Assembly (NCBI GenBank): GCA_963691875.1
Contig: OY829846.1
Location: 2,112,001 to 2,176,000 of the forward strand
Reading direction: 5' to 3'
Source of the DNA: Aureliella sp.
GTDB lineage: Bacteria; Planctomycetota; Planctomycetia; Pirellulales; Pirellulaceae
DNA: 64,000 nucleotides
Shown: piece after piece, positions 11,257 to 22,119 of the stretch
How the letters are laid out: each line of letters begins with the position of its first letter
Numbering within the stretch: position 1 is the first letter of the stretch
Translations under genes and position numbers: made by a program
The notes under the pieces: model-generated
The model's input: the letters and a program-made list of their open reading frames with translations, nothing else
What the model was told of the DNA's origin: nothing
Database searches by the model: none

Positions 11257-11688
11257 AGCTTCGGAGGGGAATTCTGCCTCAAAGAATCTTGAACTCAAGC
11301 ACCGGGAACGGAGAGGGTTGAGGGCAAGCAGTCTTAGTGGGTCAGCTCCTGACGTCTGAAAGCGTGATCTGGGCATTTAGCCATCACGAATTCCTCACAC
11401 CCCAGCAGGACGACTGGCCTACCTGGTGCGACGGACCGTCTCGAAGCTCCCTTGGACGCGTGCGAAAACAGTCAAGTTGTTTGACAACGTGGCACAGTAC
11501 TGCATCCAAGACACCTGCTCTTTGACAACTATTAGCGACCGATGTCTCAGCCAACACTTCGTGCTGAAAGGGACGTTGGGCGATCAATCGAATGAGGGCA
11601 GTTCAATCCCCAAACAGACAATGATGTTGTGGTAGGCACCACAACGAGTGATACAAACAACCACACCACTATTGAAGCGAAATTTGTC
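11255..11688 (+). ncRNA. candidate structured leader or ncRNA (~430 nt)
   Basis: No credible ORF; stems GGGGAATTC(11266-74)/GAATTCCTC(11388-96), CGTGAT/ATCACG, TTGGACGC(11452-59)/GCATCCAA(11502-09), GTTGTGGT-aggc-ACCACAAC (11626-45). Confidence 0.45.
11516..11528 (+). promoter_or_regulatory. boxA-like Nus antitermination element
   Basis: TGCTCTTTGACAA matches 11/12 of E. coli rrn boxA TGCTCTTTAACA; the core TTTGACAAC recurs at 11480-11488. Confidence 0.55.
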
Positions 11689-11916
11689 ATGAGCGAAGTT
11701 TGCAAGAACGTTTTTGAAGCAATTCTTAAGTACGGTCACGATGAGGACTTTGACCCAGAAGTAAACGAAGAGTTCCTGCCTACTGATGCACCTGCCGGGT
11801 CTTCTGAGAAGATTGAAGTTCTTCGTGATCGCGTTTTCTCAGGGCAACCTCTGTGGCACCGTGATGATCGCGTTGACTACGCTGGTCTCACAGGTGTCAT
11901 TCGCCCTCGCGAGTAG
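11689..11916 (+). CDS. small acidic hypothetical protein (75 aa)
   Basis: MSEVCKNVFEAILKYGHDEDF...PTDAPAGSSEKIEVLRDRVFSGQPLWHRDD; own promoter and terminator; resembles a small planctomycete protein (from memory, unverified). Confidence 0.85.
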   Translation: MSEVCKNVFEAILKYGHDEDFDPEVNEEFLPTDAPAGSSEKIEVLRDRVFSGQPLWHRDDRVDYAGLTGVIRPRE

Positions 11917-11943
11917 TCCGACTGTTAAATTGCCCTTTTAAGT

Positions 11944-11972
11944 AAAGCCTAGTGTTCCACTAGGTTTTTTTT
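11944..11972 (+). terminator. intrinsic terminator
   Basis: AAAGCCTAGTG-ttc-CACTAGGTTT followed by a T-run, ~28 nt after the stop. Confidence 0.85.
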
Positions 11973-11982
11973 CGTGCGTTTG

Positions 11983-12014
11983 GTGGATTTGCATTCCCGT
12001 GGATTTGCGCTCCC
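11983..12014. repeat. imperfect 16-bp tandem direct repeat
   Basis: GTGGATTTGCATTCCC followed directly by GTGGATTTGCGCTCCC. Confidence 0.7.
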
Positions 12015-12089
12015 TCGTCCGATTCGTGCTCCAATCCCTGTAGGGAAAACCTGGAGGATACTGGTGGGGAAGAATTCTGGCGTATCATA

Positions 12090-12683
12090 CTACGATGCAT
12101 CTAGATCGCCAAGCTGCTGTCGAAGGCGACGAAGAATACGACCTCGCGTTTGACGCACGGCGGCATCTGTGACCTGGAATTCTCTTGCAACAAGCGCGTT
12201 TGCGATCTGGTCGATCACATTGCGTTCGAAAATCTGCCAAGTTCTCGTTTCGAACTCATTGCGTACTTGCTCAAGCCCCCGTTGCAACAGTGCATAGACT
12301 TGATCTGGGTCCGTGGGGTCTTGCTCTGGTACTGATTCTTCTGGCAGTTGTTGTAGCCCGACCATCGCCGTGCTGCCGCCCTGAGCTGGAATGACTCCCC
12401 TTTCACGACGCAGAAAATCTCGGATCTTATTCGAGCTAATCCTCCAGAGCCAGGCACGAAAGGCCCCGCCACGGCCAGCTTCGTAAGTGTCGAGCGACTT
12501 GGAAAGAGCAACGAAAACATCCTGGACGACATCCGCCGCTTGCCCCGAGTCTAATCCGCAGCGATAGCACCAGTGCGCAATTAAAGGGCCGTATAGATCG
12601 ACCAATTCACTCCACGCTTGCGAATCGTGGCCTTTGGCTCTGAAAATGAGGCTTGCTCGAGTTGCATCAGAACGAGACGCCAT
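12090..12683 (-). CDS. ECF sigma factor, planctomycete kinase-associated type
   Basis: N-terminal TRASLIFRAK, AWSELVDLYGPLI, DVVQDVF, FRAWLWRISSNKIRDF, C-terminal AVRQTRGRILRRLR; start placed at ATG 12683. Confidence 0.9.
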   Translation of the reverse strand: MASRSDATRASLIFRAKGHDSQAWSELVDLYGPLIAHWCYRCGLDSGQAADVVQDVFVALSKSLDTYEAGRGGAFRAWLWRISSNKIRDFLRRERGVIPAQGGSTAMVGLQQLPEESVPEQDPTDPDQVYALLQRGLEQVRNEFETRTWQIFERNVIDQIANALVAREFQVTDAAVRQTRGRILRRLRQQLGDLDAS

Positions 12684-12852
12684 CGATTTTCCATTTGGGC
12701 TGCGGGATGTGGTGCAGAAACGGCCTAGCTTTGCCATATTCCAGAATATTGCAAAAAGTCCTGTCACGCGCTTTTCGTATAAGGAATAAGTCAGACAAAA
12801 CACTGAGCTGCATGCTAACATCAAAGCTATCAGAATTGGGAAGGAAACGGTG

Positions 12853-15800
12853 ATGAATGAGCCACAATGTCTACCAAGAGAAGCCCTCAAGCAATATTTG
12901 GCTGGCTGGTCCGATCCCGAACAATCTGACTTGATCGAATCGCATCTTGCGGAATGCGGAGCCTGCGAGCAAACGATCGTCGCGTTGGAGGCCGATCCCG
13001 ATACCTTGGTCGAGTATCTTGCTCATAAAAAGTATGCACAGGACCCGGCTAGCAACTCCTTGGTTCAAAACGCCCTGGCGCATTCACGAGATTTGGTCGG
13101 GAATCAGACGCAGCAAGACAGCTCGGCGAATGACGGCTTGGAATTTGGGGGGGGCGAGCTCCGAGTGAACTTGGCGTTTACTTGCTTATCCGACCGTTGG
13201 GCCAAGGAGGGATGGGATCCGTTTACCTCGCCAAACACCGCAAGTTGGGCAAAGAGCTTGCGATCAAGATTTTGCCCGCCAGAAGATTTCGGAATCAGAT
13301 TTTTGCGGCTCGTTTTCAGCGGGAAATCCGAGCGTCAGGTGAGTTGGAGCACCCTGCAATTGTACAAGCGACTGACGCTGGTGAAGAGCACGGCACTCAT
13401 TACTTGGTGATGGAACACATCGATGGGCAAGATCTGTCACAAGTATCTCGAGCTGTAGGGAAGCTGAGTATTGCTGACGCCTGTGAGTTAATTCGAAATG
13501 TCGCTCTCGGGCTATCTCACGCTCACAATCAAGGAATCATCCATCGTGATGTGAAGCCGTCCAGTCTCATGCTCAGCAAAACCGGTGAGACAAAGATTCT
13601 CGACTTTGGTCTGGCACGCATTGGTCCTTGGGAAGGCGAATCAGCCGAGTTGACGACTGTCGGCCAGCTCATGGGCACACTCGACTATATGGCACCCGAG
13701 CAAGCTGAACGCGCCGATGCAGTAGACTATCGAGCAGATCTTTATTCTCTCGGGGCGACCTTGTTTCGATTGCTGTGCGATCGCGCGCCACTTGCCGCCT
13801 CGCCAGATATTTCCCCCTTGGCCAAATTGCGTTTGATGGCTATAGCTGAGCCACCGAGTCTGGATGCTCTGCGGCCTGATGCACCAGCTGAGCTGGTTGC
13901 ACTTGTTTCCCGAATGCTTTCTCGTGATCCAGCCGATCGGCCAGCGAGTGCACATCATGTGGCGGAAGAAGTGGGCCGCTTCACGGCAGGAAATGAGTTG
14001 GTCAAACTCTCTGCGAAAGCGATTGAGCTCAAGAAGGATTGGCCGAAGGCTGAAGCCAAATCATTCGATGAGGCCGAGATTGCGTCGCAGGGCGCAAATG
14101 CCAACAACGGTCGAAGCAATGGCAAAGTCTGGCTTGCTTTGGCACTTGTACCACTGCTGGTCTTGGCAGCAATTTGGATCACGCTGGAAACTCAGAAGGG
14201 CTTGCTGGTCATCGAATCCGACGCGGAAGCGACCGTAAAATTGCTGAAAGACGAAAAGGACTATCAGGAATTCCAGGTCCAACCAGGTCCGAACTCGACG
14301 CGGATCTACGCGGGCAAATACGAAGTTGTTCTCGCCGAGGGCAGCGACTCATTGAAACTGACTCAAGAACAGATCAGTGTCACCAGAGGTGGAACAAGCA
14401 TTGCCAGGTTACATTGGGACAAACCAACTCCCGCTGCGGGCGAAAACAGTTGGGGGCGATCCATTGGTGGGCAATGGCAACGTAGGGTCATCTTCAGTCA
14501 GGCCAATCACCGAGCCGGTCTTTCGAGGCAAAACACTTTCGACTTATCTGAACATGTTTTCCTACGAACGCAGCAGCGAAGGACTGGGCGAAGCTCTTTT
14601 TGCGATCAAAGCGTTGACGACAACAGAGAATGGTGCGCAGGTGCAAAAACTACTTCTCAAACTTTTACCAAACGTCAACGGGAATCTAGAAGTCAAGCTA
14701 AGGGAAGACTACGTTTCAAGCGTTGACAATCAAGCTTTCGAGTTGCTCAGGGAGACTACTTCGGATTCAGAGTTCAGAGATCTACTTCTAAATCAACTCA
14801 ACAGTGCTTCCGGCGAGTGGCGTGGAAGATTGGTAAGCGAGTTTTCGCGAGTGGAGGAATACCCAATCGGCCCTTGTATCGACTGGCTGGAGAATGAGAT
14901 CGTCCCTATAGGAAAGTCAGACGAGCTTTTCAACGTTGCTTCAAATCAGTTGCTGGTGTGGTACGTGTCGGTCGAAGATCAGCCAGCGATTCAGCAACAC
15001 CTGAAGTCGCTGCTGCAGAACTCCAAGGCGTTCGACCGACATTTCTGGCTAAGTCAGATGCAGTTCAATCGTCATGACAATAAGCAGGCTGTTCTCAACC
15101 TTGCCAAGCCCCATTGCCTTGCGGCGATGCAAGACGCCAATGAATCGCCTCAGTTTCTCGCACAAGCCACCATCATTCTGCTTACTTTGCTGGATGCAGA
15201 TCACATCAGCGAGCAAGAGCGTGTATCGCTAAGGAATTCTGTTCGAGATAGGCTTGGAGAATTCGATGACTTGAAGCTGCTCGAAATGACGAATTTGAAT
15301 GCCAACTTCAGTTATGAACACACCATCCCATCTTGGCGAATCGACTCGCGTGTCTCTAGTGCGGTCAGCCGGTTTGCCACCCCATATCAAGGGAACGTTG
15401 CGCTTGGTTCTGTATCAGTAGGAACACTACGATTCAATTTTTCTGGTGGCAGAGCGACCAGTCTCTCAGCGAAACTCTTGGATTTGGCGAGAAAGCTGGA
15501 CATCGAGATGGAAGACCTAGCGCAAGAGTGGATTGCTGCTACAGCATCTGCTTATCAGAAGCTAACTCCCATCGTCAGTGAACATCGCGGATTCATTGAG
15601 ATGTCATGGCCAACACTCCAGTTGGATTCGGTCCTGAGTAACAGCAGCCGATCTTCCAGCGGTACCACCTATTCCAAGCTCTCCTCAATCAAGCCTGAGA
15701 CTTGGAGCGGATACTTCTTGCACGTTCAGGCGAAGAGCTTCCTCACAGCTTCGGAAGCGGAATAAACAACTAAGCTACTCCGCCAGCCCGAGATACTGCA

Positions 15801-17221
15801 AGTGCTGCATCGCAGGGGCGGAATGACAGTTTCCCGGAGCCTCTATACAACGGACAGCCACTGCAAGAGTGGATGCGCATTCTGCCGCTTGAGAAGAATC
15901 GGGAAGGAGTCGACGAAGCGCTGGCGGCGATCCAAGCCTCGCTAACAAAGGAAACCGCGCGGCAGCTGATGCAGATGTTCAAGCGAGAGCTACCACGTGT
16001 GGACTGGATGCGATCCGCACAATATTTGACTGCCTTTAGCATCATGCGCAGGGCGAACTCAACAGAGTACTGTAAGTTTATTATTGAGCAATTGGAGGCG
16101 CCGGATGCATCGGACGATCCGGATACTCATTGGAAGAATTATCTCATTACCTGTAGCATTACACCGGAATCCAAGCTCGCGGAGATCGAGCCCATTCACA
16201 ATTGGATTGTGACTAACCACCTGGTTAAGGACTCTGTCTGGCTCAAAACTTGCTCTGAGATGCACCGCCGCATCTCAAGTGACAAACTGGCTACCCAGAG
16301 TCTGGCTGAAGCGATGGTGCAAGCTCTAGTGGATTGCGAGCCACTTCGAGAAAACGACAGCTTCTGGTACGGATCACCCCATGGATCACCGGGACGCTCA
16401 ACGGCCCCGAGCGAAATCTGGATGAAAGTGGTCGGTAGCCACACAATGGAGGTCTGGGCAGATCTCGATGCTTCGAAGGAAAGAGTTGCCATAGTTGGCC
16501 GCTTCTTGCAACGATTTGGAGATCGCATGTATACCTCAGAGCAACGTTACAAAGGCCTGCGGCGGACATACATTGACTTCGATCAGATAGAAAAGGTGCT
16601 GCTCGAAAGGCTGAAGAAAACACTGGCTGATGGAACCTATCTCGACGAAACTGCGATTCTGCTTGACAACGGGCATTCACCGTGCCCCGACGATTGCCTT
16701 ATCAGGTTTAGCACTACTGCCCAGGAGAAGCACGGTATGCATAACCTGCATCTGGATATGAGAACGCTCCTCGGGTTACTTGCCTACATCAAAACGAAGG
16801 GAAAGCAGATCCATTTAAACGTTTCTCAGAGGTCTTCTGGCAAAACTCCGTGGTTCTGTCGCACAGCTTTGTATCAGACTGGCAGCCCGAGAAAAGTCAG
16901 TCTGCTCAATAGTATTCGGCAAAGGTCGGGCGGCCTCGGTGCAACAGAAGTACTCCGGCGTTTAACGCTGACTTGGCCTCTTCACGAAAGCGAGCTAGAA
17001 CGATTGGGCGTTGCACGAGAACAAGTACTGGCGACGATCTTCTACTGTTCGATACGCCAAAACTCACGAAGTCGGAATGGGAGAAGATGATGATCAAGCC
17101 AGATGGTGCTGACGAGAACGAGGATGGCGTGATCACAGCTTTGGAGTATGCAAAGCATCCTGCTTCGAAGAAACCGAGTGGCGGCGATTCCTCCAATTCA
17201 AAAGCTAAAGAACGAGAGTAG
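12853..17221 (+). pseudogene. large Ser/Thr protein kinase (HxxxCxxC zinc domain, kinase, TM, two internal repeats, EF-hand-like end), fragmented
   Basis: HLAECGAC; LGQGGMGSVY, HRDVKPSS, DFGLA, GTLDYMAPE; TM near 14130-14185; frameshifts at the G8 run 13147-13154, ~14430-14460, ~15760-15775 (with TAA) and ~17050-17090; ends DENEDGVITALEY. Confidence 0.85.
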
Positions 17222-17428
17222 GAGACAGGCGAAGAAGACTCATCAGTGTTTTTTTGGCATAGCAGCTTGCACTTGGATCTGAGAATCGTGCAGCCAATAC
17301 CGAGTAACGTGAATCTTTCGTCGCATTATGAACGATTAGGAAAGGGCCGATGGGGCTCTGCTTCAGGACTCGTGACCTCGTCCATTAAGGCCGAGAGTCT
17401 TGACGACTTCCGCTACCTTTGAGCGTGC

Positions 17429-18910
17429 TCAGGCGAGGAGTTCCGGTACGGCGCGGGCGCCTTCGACACCAGTTAGACGCCAGTCGAGACCTTGGTATTT
17501 AACGGTGAATCTTTCGTGGTCGATGCCGAGAGCTCTGAGAATCGTGGCATTGAAGTCGTTGATGTGCACCGGATTCTCGAGGATATTGTACGAGTAATCG
17601 TCGGTCTTACCCCAGTCGAACCCTCGCTTGAAGCCGCCTCCAGCAACCCAAGTCGAAAAACAACGCCCGTGGTGGTCACGACCATGGTTGTCCGCCGTGA
17701 GTTTTCCTTGGCTGTAGATCGTGCGACCAAATTCACCACCGAAAATCACGATGGTGTCATCCAGCATGCCACGTTGCTTTAGATCCTGAACCAAAGCGGC
17801 CGCGGGCTGATCGGTGCCTGCACAGTTACGACGAATCTCGCGTGGCAAGTTGCCGTGTTGGTCCCAACCGCGATGGAATAGTTGAATGAACGGCACACCA
17901 CGTTCGGCCAGGCGACGCGCGAGTACGCAGTTCGCGGCAAAACTACCTGGCTTCTTGGCGTCCGGTCCGTACAGATCGAATACATGCTGCGGTTCATCGT
18001 TCAGCTCCATCAAGTCTGGAACGGAAGTTTGCATGCGATACGCCATTTCGTATTGCGCGATGCGGGTTTGAATTTCGGGATCGCCGACATCCTGGAAACG
18101 CGTTGCATTGAGTTTGGATATCCCATCCAGCATCTTCCGACGCATTTGGCCGTCAATTCCGGGAGGATTGCTCAAGTAAAGAACTGGTTCCTTGCCGCCA
18201 CGGAATTGGACGCCCTGATGTTTCGAAGGTAAGAATCCACTGCCCCACAGACGAGCAAACAAAGCCTGTCCCGGCTTGGCACCCACGGAAATCATTGTCA
18301 CGTAGGCCGGCAGGTCGTCATTGGGGCTACCTAAACCGTAGCTCAACCATGCTCCCATGCTGGGACGTCCAAGTTGTTGCGTGCCGGTGTTGATGAAGGT
18401 CATTGCCGGATCGTGGTTCACCGCTTCGGTGTTCATACTGCGAATGATGGTTATTTCGTCAGCAAGCTTGGAAGTATGCGGCAACAATTCTGCGTTGATC
18501 CAAGTTCCACGTTCACCATGTCGCGTGAAGTTGAACATCGGCGCGACGCAAGGAAACGACTTCTGGCCACTAGACATACCAGTCAACCGCTGACCGTTGC
18601 GAATCGAGTCCGGGAGCTCCGTGCCGTGCAACTTTCGCAACTCAGGCTTGTAATCGAACATGTCGATGTGACTGGGGCCACCCGCCATGAATAAATAAAT
18701 GACTCGTTTGGCTGTGGGCTTGAAATGCGGAAGTTGCGGTAGCCCGGGGTTTTCCTTTCCACGCACGCGCAATGCCGATGCGGCTTCGGTACCAGCCATG
18801 GCGTCACGACCGAGCAGTGACGCCAACGCGGCAGCTCCCAGACAGCCACGACCGCGAGCAAGCAGCTGGCGGCGAGTCATTTGCAGTTCGAATTCTTCTC
18901 TTGGATCCAT
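17429..18910 (-). CDS. DUF1501 domain protein
   Basis: Tat-like [47 protein letters not shown]; downstream of a DUF1553 gene. Confidence 0.93.
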   Translation of the reverse strand: MDPREEFELQMTRRQLLARGRGCLGAAALASLLGRDAMAGTEAASALRVRGKENPGLPQLPHFKPTAKRVIYLFMAGGPSHIDMFDYKPELRKLHGTELPDSIRNGQRLTGMSSGQKSFPCVAPMFNFTRHGERGTWINAELLPHTSKLADEITIIRSMNTEAVNHDPAMTFINTGTQQLGRPSMGAWLSYGLGSPNDDLPAYVTMISVGAKPGQALFARLWGSGFLPSKHQGVQFRGGKEPVLYLSNPPGIDGQMRRKMLDGISKLNATRFQDVGDPEIQTRIAQYEMAYRMQTSVPDLMELNDEPQHVFDLYGPDAKKPGSFAANCVLARRLAERGVPFIQLFHRGWDQHGNLPREIRRNCAGTDQPAAALVQDLKQRGMLDDTIVIFGGEFGRTIYSQGKLTADNHGRDHHGRCFSTWVAGGGFKRGFDWGKTDDYSYNILENPVHINDFNATILRALGIDHERFTVKYQGLDWRLTGVEGARAVPELLA

Positions 18911-18915
18911 AATTG

Positions 18916-21900
18916 CTACTCGCGTGTCAGTGTTTCATCTAAGTTCAGGAGAGTACTTGCCACGACCGTCCACGCGGCAAGTTCCTTCGCTTCCAGCTTC
19001 TCGTCGCGCGGCGACTCACCAACGCTCAGCAACTTGGTGGCCGCTTCCGCATCCTTCTCGTATCGGCTTTTCGCAGAGGCGAGAATCTCATTCAGCGCAG
19101 CCACTTCGCCGCTTCCCGGAATCCGAGCAGTCACACTGCGGAAACCGAATTTGATTCTTTCTTCAGCCACAAGGCTATAAGCCATCATGCGCTCGGCGAA
19201 CTTACGAGATGCCTCCACGTACTGAGGATCGTTCAGCACAACGAGGGCCTGCAACGGCGTGTTGGTTCTGGGACGCTGCAACGTACACTTCTCGCGAGTG
19301 GGTGCATCAAAGATTTGCATCGTCGGCGGCGGCGCAGAACGTTTCCAGTAGGTGTACAAACTCCGACGATAAAGTGCATTGCCGTGGTCCTGACGAAACG
19401 CAGGCTTGCCGCTCAAGCCAACTTCTACCCACAATCCTTGTGGCTGATAAGGTTTCACTCCAGGGCCGCCCATCTTGGTGTCGAGCAGACCGCTTACTGC
19501 AAGGGAAGCGTCGCGGATGAATTCGGCTTGCAGGCGAAAACGCGGCCCACGTCCAAGCAATAGATTCATGGGGTCGCGCCGGTAGTCAGCCTCCCCAGCT
19601 CGAGAGGACTGCCGATACGTGGCTGACATCACCATCTGCTTCAGCGTCCGCTTTATGTTCCAGCCATGTTCACGGAAATCTTGGGCCAGCCAATCGAGCA
19701 ACTCTGGGTGGGAAGGATAAGCCCCTTGTGCACCAAAGTCCTGAGGTGTGTTCACCAACCCGGTTCCGAAGAACATTTGCCAGTAACGATTGACGGTGAC
19801 TCGTGCTGTTAGTGGCTGTTCTGGCGAGAAAAGCCATTGAGCCAGCCCGTAACGATTACGTGGCAGGTCGTCGGCCATAGGAGGCAGAGCCGCGATGGTG
19901 TTCGCTTCGACTTTGCGATCAGTGGGTGAGTCGTAGGCACCTCGATTGAGAATGAACGTATCGCGTGGCTTGCCCATATCACGCATCACCATCACGGTCG
20001 TCATCGGCTTCTTGAGCTCGACGATCTCGGCTTCCATCTTGGTGATCTGTTCAGTCAGCTTGACGTACTCCGGTTGATTCTCTCTCAAATAGTAGTCGAG
20101 CAGTTTTTCTTGCTGGTCGTCGCTGCGTTTCTCTCCTTCAAGAGCCAGAATTGAAGTGATCGCATCTGCCTTAGCCAGCTGCCCCACCTCCTGGGCACTC
20201 AGCGACCGATCGAATATTTGCACCGAGTCGATTTCACCATTGAACCTCGAGCCAGGGTGGCGGCTTCCAACCAGCAGCGTCCTGGTGGTCTGAATAGTAT
20301 CGCTCAGTCCGTCTTGCTCAATCTTCCAAGGCCATTCTTCGCCGTTCACGTAGATCTTGATACCGGCAGCCTTCGATGAGCCGTCATACGTCGCGAAAAC
20401 GTGGTGCCACTCGTTTGGTTTGAGATTCTGCTTCGTGGTGACTTTGATCGCGTTTCCGGGCCACTGATGGATGATGTGCATGGCGACGCCCTGGCCGCCG
20501 ACGTACAGATCGTAACCGCGGTAGGCGTTCGCATCGTCCATGCGAGCCAACATGGCTCCGAAGCCTTTGGTTGGTTTGACCCAACCACCATAGGAAAACG
20601 CTTGGTCACGTTCGAAGTTACACTTGTCACCGAGATCCAAATAGTTACCACCGGAGAGTTTGATACCTTTATCCAGCGGCGTATCCACCCATTCGACTTT
20701 CCCGTGTAACGTGGCCTTTGCAGGCTCTTGCTCGGCGGCTTGGGCGAAGGCAACGTCCTTGCCCTTTCCCTCCAGCATTTGCATGTCGACGAGTATCGAG
20801 TCTGGCGTTTCAGCAACTTTCGTATCTTCGCTTTCTTTCTCCGCTAGCCATGTTGCAAAATGTTCTTGGGAAGAGGACTTCAGATTCTCACGAGCAGCCT
20901 TCGCCTCCTGAAGTTGCTTCTGCACAATCGGCAACTTGGCTTCTTTCTCAGGATCGGGAACGGCCAAGGTGGGCTGTGCGTTTCCATTGCGAGTCTGCAT
21001 GCCACCGTCGGACGAAACGTTGAAGAACGCGTAGAACTGGTAGTACTCTTCTTGGGAAATCGGATCGTACTTATGATCATGACATTGGGCACACTCCATC
21101 GTCAGCCCCAGCCAAATTGTCGAAGTCGTTTTCACGCGATCGACGCAGTACTCGACTCGATACTCTTCCGCAAAAGCACCGCCCTCGTCAGTCGTCCCGT
21201 TGTTTCGATTGAAGCCGCCTAAAATCTTTTCTTCGATCGTCGCGTCAGGCAGATAGTCGCCGGCGAGTTGAGCGATGGAAAAGCGATCGAAAGGCATGTT
21301 TTGGTTGTAAGCTTTGACCACGGTGTCGCGCCAAGCCCACATATCGCGCGGACCGTCTGCATGGTAAACACTCGTGTCGCCGTAGCGGGCCGCGTCGAGC
21401 CACATTACCGCCATGCGTTCCCCGAAATGCTTTGAGGCAAGTAGGCGGTCAACCAGATTCTCGTAGGCCCGTTCCGATTCATCTGCGAGAAAAGCGTCGA
21501 TTTCGGCCAGAGTGGGAGGCAGCCCAGTGAGGTCGTAGGACAGCCTGCGAATGAGTTCGTGCTTCTCGGCTTCGGAGGTCGGCTTGAGTCCTTGTTCTTG
21601 AAGTCGGGCCAGAATGAACTCGTCAATCTGATTGCGCACCCAAGCACCTTGTGTTGCCGTCTTCTGCTCCGTGAACTTCGGTGGAACAAATGACCAGTGC
21701 TGCGTCCAGTTGGCACCTTCGACAATCCAGCGTTTCAAAACTGCCTTTTCGTCCGCCGACAAAGGCTTCTTTGCCCCGGGCGGAGGCATCAACAGATCCT
21801 TATCCTTTTCGAAGATGCGTTCAATCAGAGAACTGTTCTCCCAATGGCCGTCACCGAGTGCGACACGCGCTGATACCTCCAGATCTAAACGCAGGTCGGC

Positions 21901-22119
21901 CTCGCGGTTCTCCTCGTCAGGCCCGTGGCAATGGAAACACTTGTCGGACAAGATCGGTCGCACATCACGATCGAATCGCAGTGGCGCCAGCTTTGCCGGT
22001 TGGTTGTTCTCCGACTTGTCGGCAGGATCTTCTGCGAGCGTGAGAGATGTGGAGACGATCCAAGCAACAATAAGGCTAGAAGCAAACAACGTCTGCAGGC
22101 AGTAGGCAGGAAGACGCAT
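18916..22119 (-). CDS. planctomycete cytochrome c / DUF1549 / LamG / DUF1553 protein
   Basis: [37 protein letters not shown], LamG-like insert ([11 protein letters not shown]), [30 protein letters not shown]. Confidence 0.95.
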   Translation of the reverse strand: MRLPAYCLQTLFASSLIVAWIVSTSLTLAEDPADKSENNQPAKLAPLRFDRDVRPILSDKCFHCHGPDEENREADLRLDLEVSARVALGDGHWENSSLIERIFEKDKDLLMPPPGAKKPLSADEKAVLKRWIVEGANWTQHWSFVPPKFTEQKTATQGAWVRNQIDEFILARLQEQGLKPTSEAEKHELIRRLSYDLTGLPPTLAEIDAFLADESERAYENLVDRLLASKHFGERMAVMWLDAARYGDTSVYHADGPRDMWAWRDTVVKAYNQNMPFDRFSIAQLAGDYLPDATIEEKILGGFNRNNGTTDEGGAFAEEYRVEYCVDRVKTTSTIWLGLTMECAQCHDHKYDPISQEEYYQFYAFFNVSSDGGMQTRNGNAQPTLAVPDPEKEAKLPIVQKQLQEAKAARENLKSSSQEHFATWLAEKESEDTKVAETPDSILVDMQMLEGKGKDVAFAQAAEQEPAKATLHGKVEWVDTPLDKGIKLSGGNYLDLGDKCNFERDQAFSYGGWVKPTKGFGAMLARMDDANAYRGYDLYVGGQGVAMHIIHQWPGNAIKVTTKQNLKPNEWHHVFATYDGSSKAAGIKIYVNGEEWPWKIEQDGLSDTIQTTRTLLVGSRHPGSRFNGEIDSVQIFDRSLSAQEVGQLAKADAITSILALEGEKRSDDQQEKLLDYYLRENQPEYVKLTEQITKMEAEIVELKKPMTTVMVMRDMGKPRDTFILNRGAYDSPTDRKVEANTIAALPPMADDLPRNRYGLAQWLFSPEQPLTARVTVNRYWQMFFGTGLVNTPQDFGAQGAYPSHPELLDWLAQDFREHGWNIKRTLKQMVMSATYRQSSRAGEADYRRDPMNLLLGRGPRFRLQAEFIRDASLAVSGLLDTKMGGPGVKPYQPQGLWVEVGLSGKPAFRQDHGNALYRRSLYTYWKRSAPPPTMQIFDAPTREKCTLQRPRTNTPLQALVVLNDPQYVEASRKFAERMMAYSLVAEERIKFGFRSVTARIPGSGEVAALNEILASAKSRYEKDAEAATKLLSVGESPRDEKLEAKELAAWTVVASTLLNLDETLTRE

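Noticed and set aside
11590..11615. tRNA-like T-arm (GGGCAGTTCAATCCC)
   Set aside because: No matching acceptor, D or anticodon arms; stem geometry is wrong
11255..11688. CsrB/RsmZ-like GGA-repeat sRNA
   Set aside because: About 8 GGA in ~430 nt is near chance expectation, and only two sit in plausible hairpin loops
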